Position numbers and translations under genes: made by a program. This document shows, in pieces, positions 63,208 to 64,000 of a stretch of DNA of 64,000 nt. Each line of letters begins with the position of its first letter. Position 1 is the first letter of the stretch. The DNA comes from Promethearchaeota archaeon (GTDB taxonomy: Archaea; Asgardarchaeota; Lokiarchaeia; Sigyniarchaeales; SOKP01). Where the stretch lies: contig JALGVJ010000008.1 in the NCBI GenBank assembly GCA_029838195.1, positions 70,132 to 134,131 of the forward strand, written 5' to 3'. The notes beneath the pieces were generated by a model. The model saw only the letters and a list, made by a program, of their open reading frames with translations. It was not told where the DNA came from and made no database searches.

Positions 63208-63514
63208 GGACAAGTTGTGCAATGTCTGAAGTCCCATGCTGGACGGACCGCGAAATGCACATGGCGGAAATTGCTTGGTTTGAGGTTTCCTGAGCGTTGC
63301 TAACCTTGTTCATGTCTCGTCGAAGCATCGGCCAATCAGGTGGACGCCTGGGCAGTATTTTTTGTAGGAAAAATACCAGCCCGTAATAACAAAACCGGAC
63401 AGGCCCGGGAGGGAGCATCCGTAAGTTGAGGTGTTCACGCTTTTTGGTGCGGGTGTGGAGAGGTATGGATTTTAGGTCTTAGCAACGGGATGGAAGCCAA
63501 AAACCAAGAAATTT
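63208..63514 (+). ncRNA. SRP RNA (7S)
   Basis: Helix 8 CAGGCCC-GGGA-GGGAGCA (~63400-63417), helix 6 with GTAG loop, long helix 5 (CTTGGTT/AACCAAG, GTTGCTAA/TTAGCAAC), GC-rich island of about 307 nt. Confidence 0.9.
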
Positions 63515-64000
63515 TACATCGAAATGTAATTGGTTCAAATGAATTTTTTTTGTTTAAGTTATTACCGTTTTCCAAAGTTATCCCTCCTTTTAAATGTTGT
63601 TTTCAAGCATTTTTTTTTCTCTAAGATTTATGAAGTTTAATTTGGATTTGTATGATAGTCTGAGCTTTTAGCTTTTTGTTTCATGGAACATTTTCTAAAT
63701 TTAATTTATAAAAATTTTGAACTTTAATAAAAAAAGGAAATTTTTCTGTCTAAAATTTTAAAAAAATTATAGATTAGTATTGAAAAGGTGAAAAAAGACA
63801 GATTAACGTCGCTTTAATTGAATTCTCTGAAATAAAGATTATTGAAATCCGAAATAAATAATTATACAATGATCAATTTTAAATATATAACTTAAGTTTT
63901 GTATTTTTTTAATGGTTGTTAGTTAGATCTTTTATTTCCTCCTTTTAATGCTTTTCTATTTCATGAAAAAAAGGGACTCGAACATCAAGCGGATTCGGAC

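Noticed and set aside
63197-63418. 73-aa minus-strand ORF
   Set aside because: It is antisense to the SRP RNA and open only because of the local GC content.
1-64000. CRISPR arrays, tRNA or rRNA genes, further frame-breaking BHB introns
   Set aside because: None recognised by eye. The other broken genes are explained by point stops or 1-4 nt indels. Short in-frame introns cannot be excluded without alignments.

Overview
AT-rich archaeal chromosomal window, most likely from an Asgard (Lokiarchaeia-like) genome. This is inferred from an archaeal-type S10, an SRP RNA, a longin-like protein, a Bud23-like methyltransferase and a C4C4 RING protein. Most genes serve nitrogen and nucleotide metabolism (pyrG, carA, carB, glnA, FMN glutamate synthase, guaA, nfnAB, gdhA, argF, thrC, sua5), alongside hydrolases, transporters and a collapsed integrase/DUF1156/MNT-HEPN/DUF499 island at about 24.5-26.3 kb. 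The main finding is that pyrG looks split but is interrupted by a 31-nt insert (2338-2368) carrying a stop codon. The insert's ends fall exactly at the cleavage positions of a relaxed bulge-helix-bulge structure. Removing it restores the conserved DQDFGTYERF motif and a 561-aa CTP synthase, so it is a candidate tRNA-endonuclease-spliced mRNA intron. Other observations: probable ATT start codons in three genes, an SRP RNA with a 7SL-like and expanded Alu domain, a 50-aa DnaJ-type zinc finger missed by the ORF track, and a sensor kinase with three in-frame TAA codons. All family assignments come from motif recognition by eye; no searches were run.
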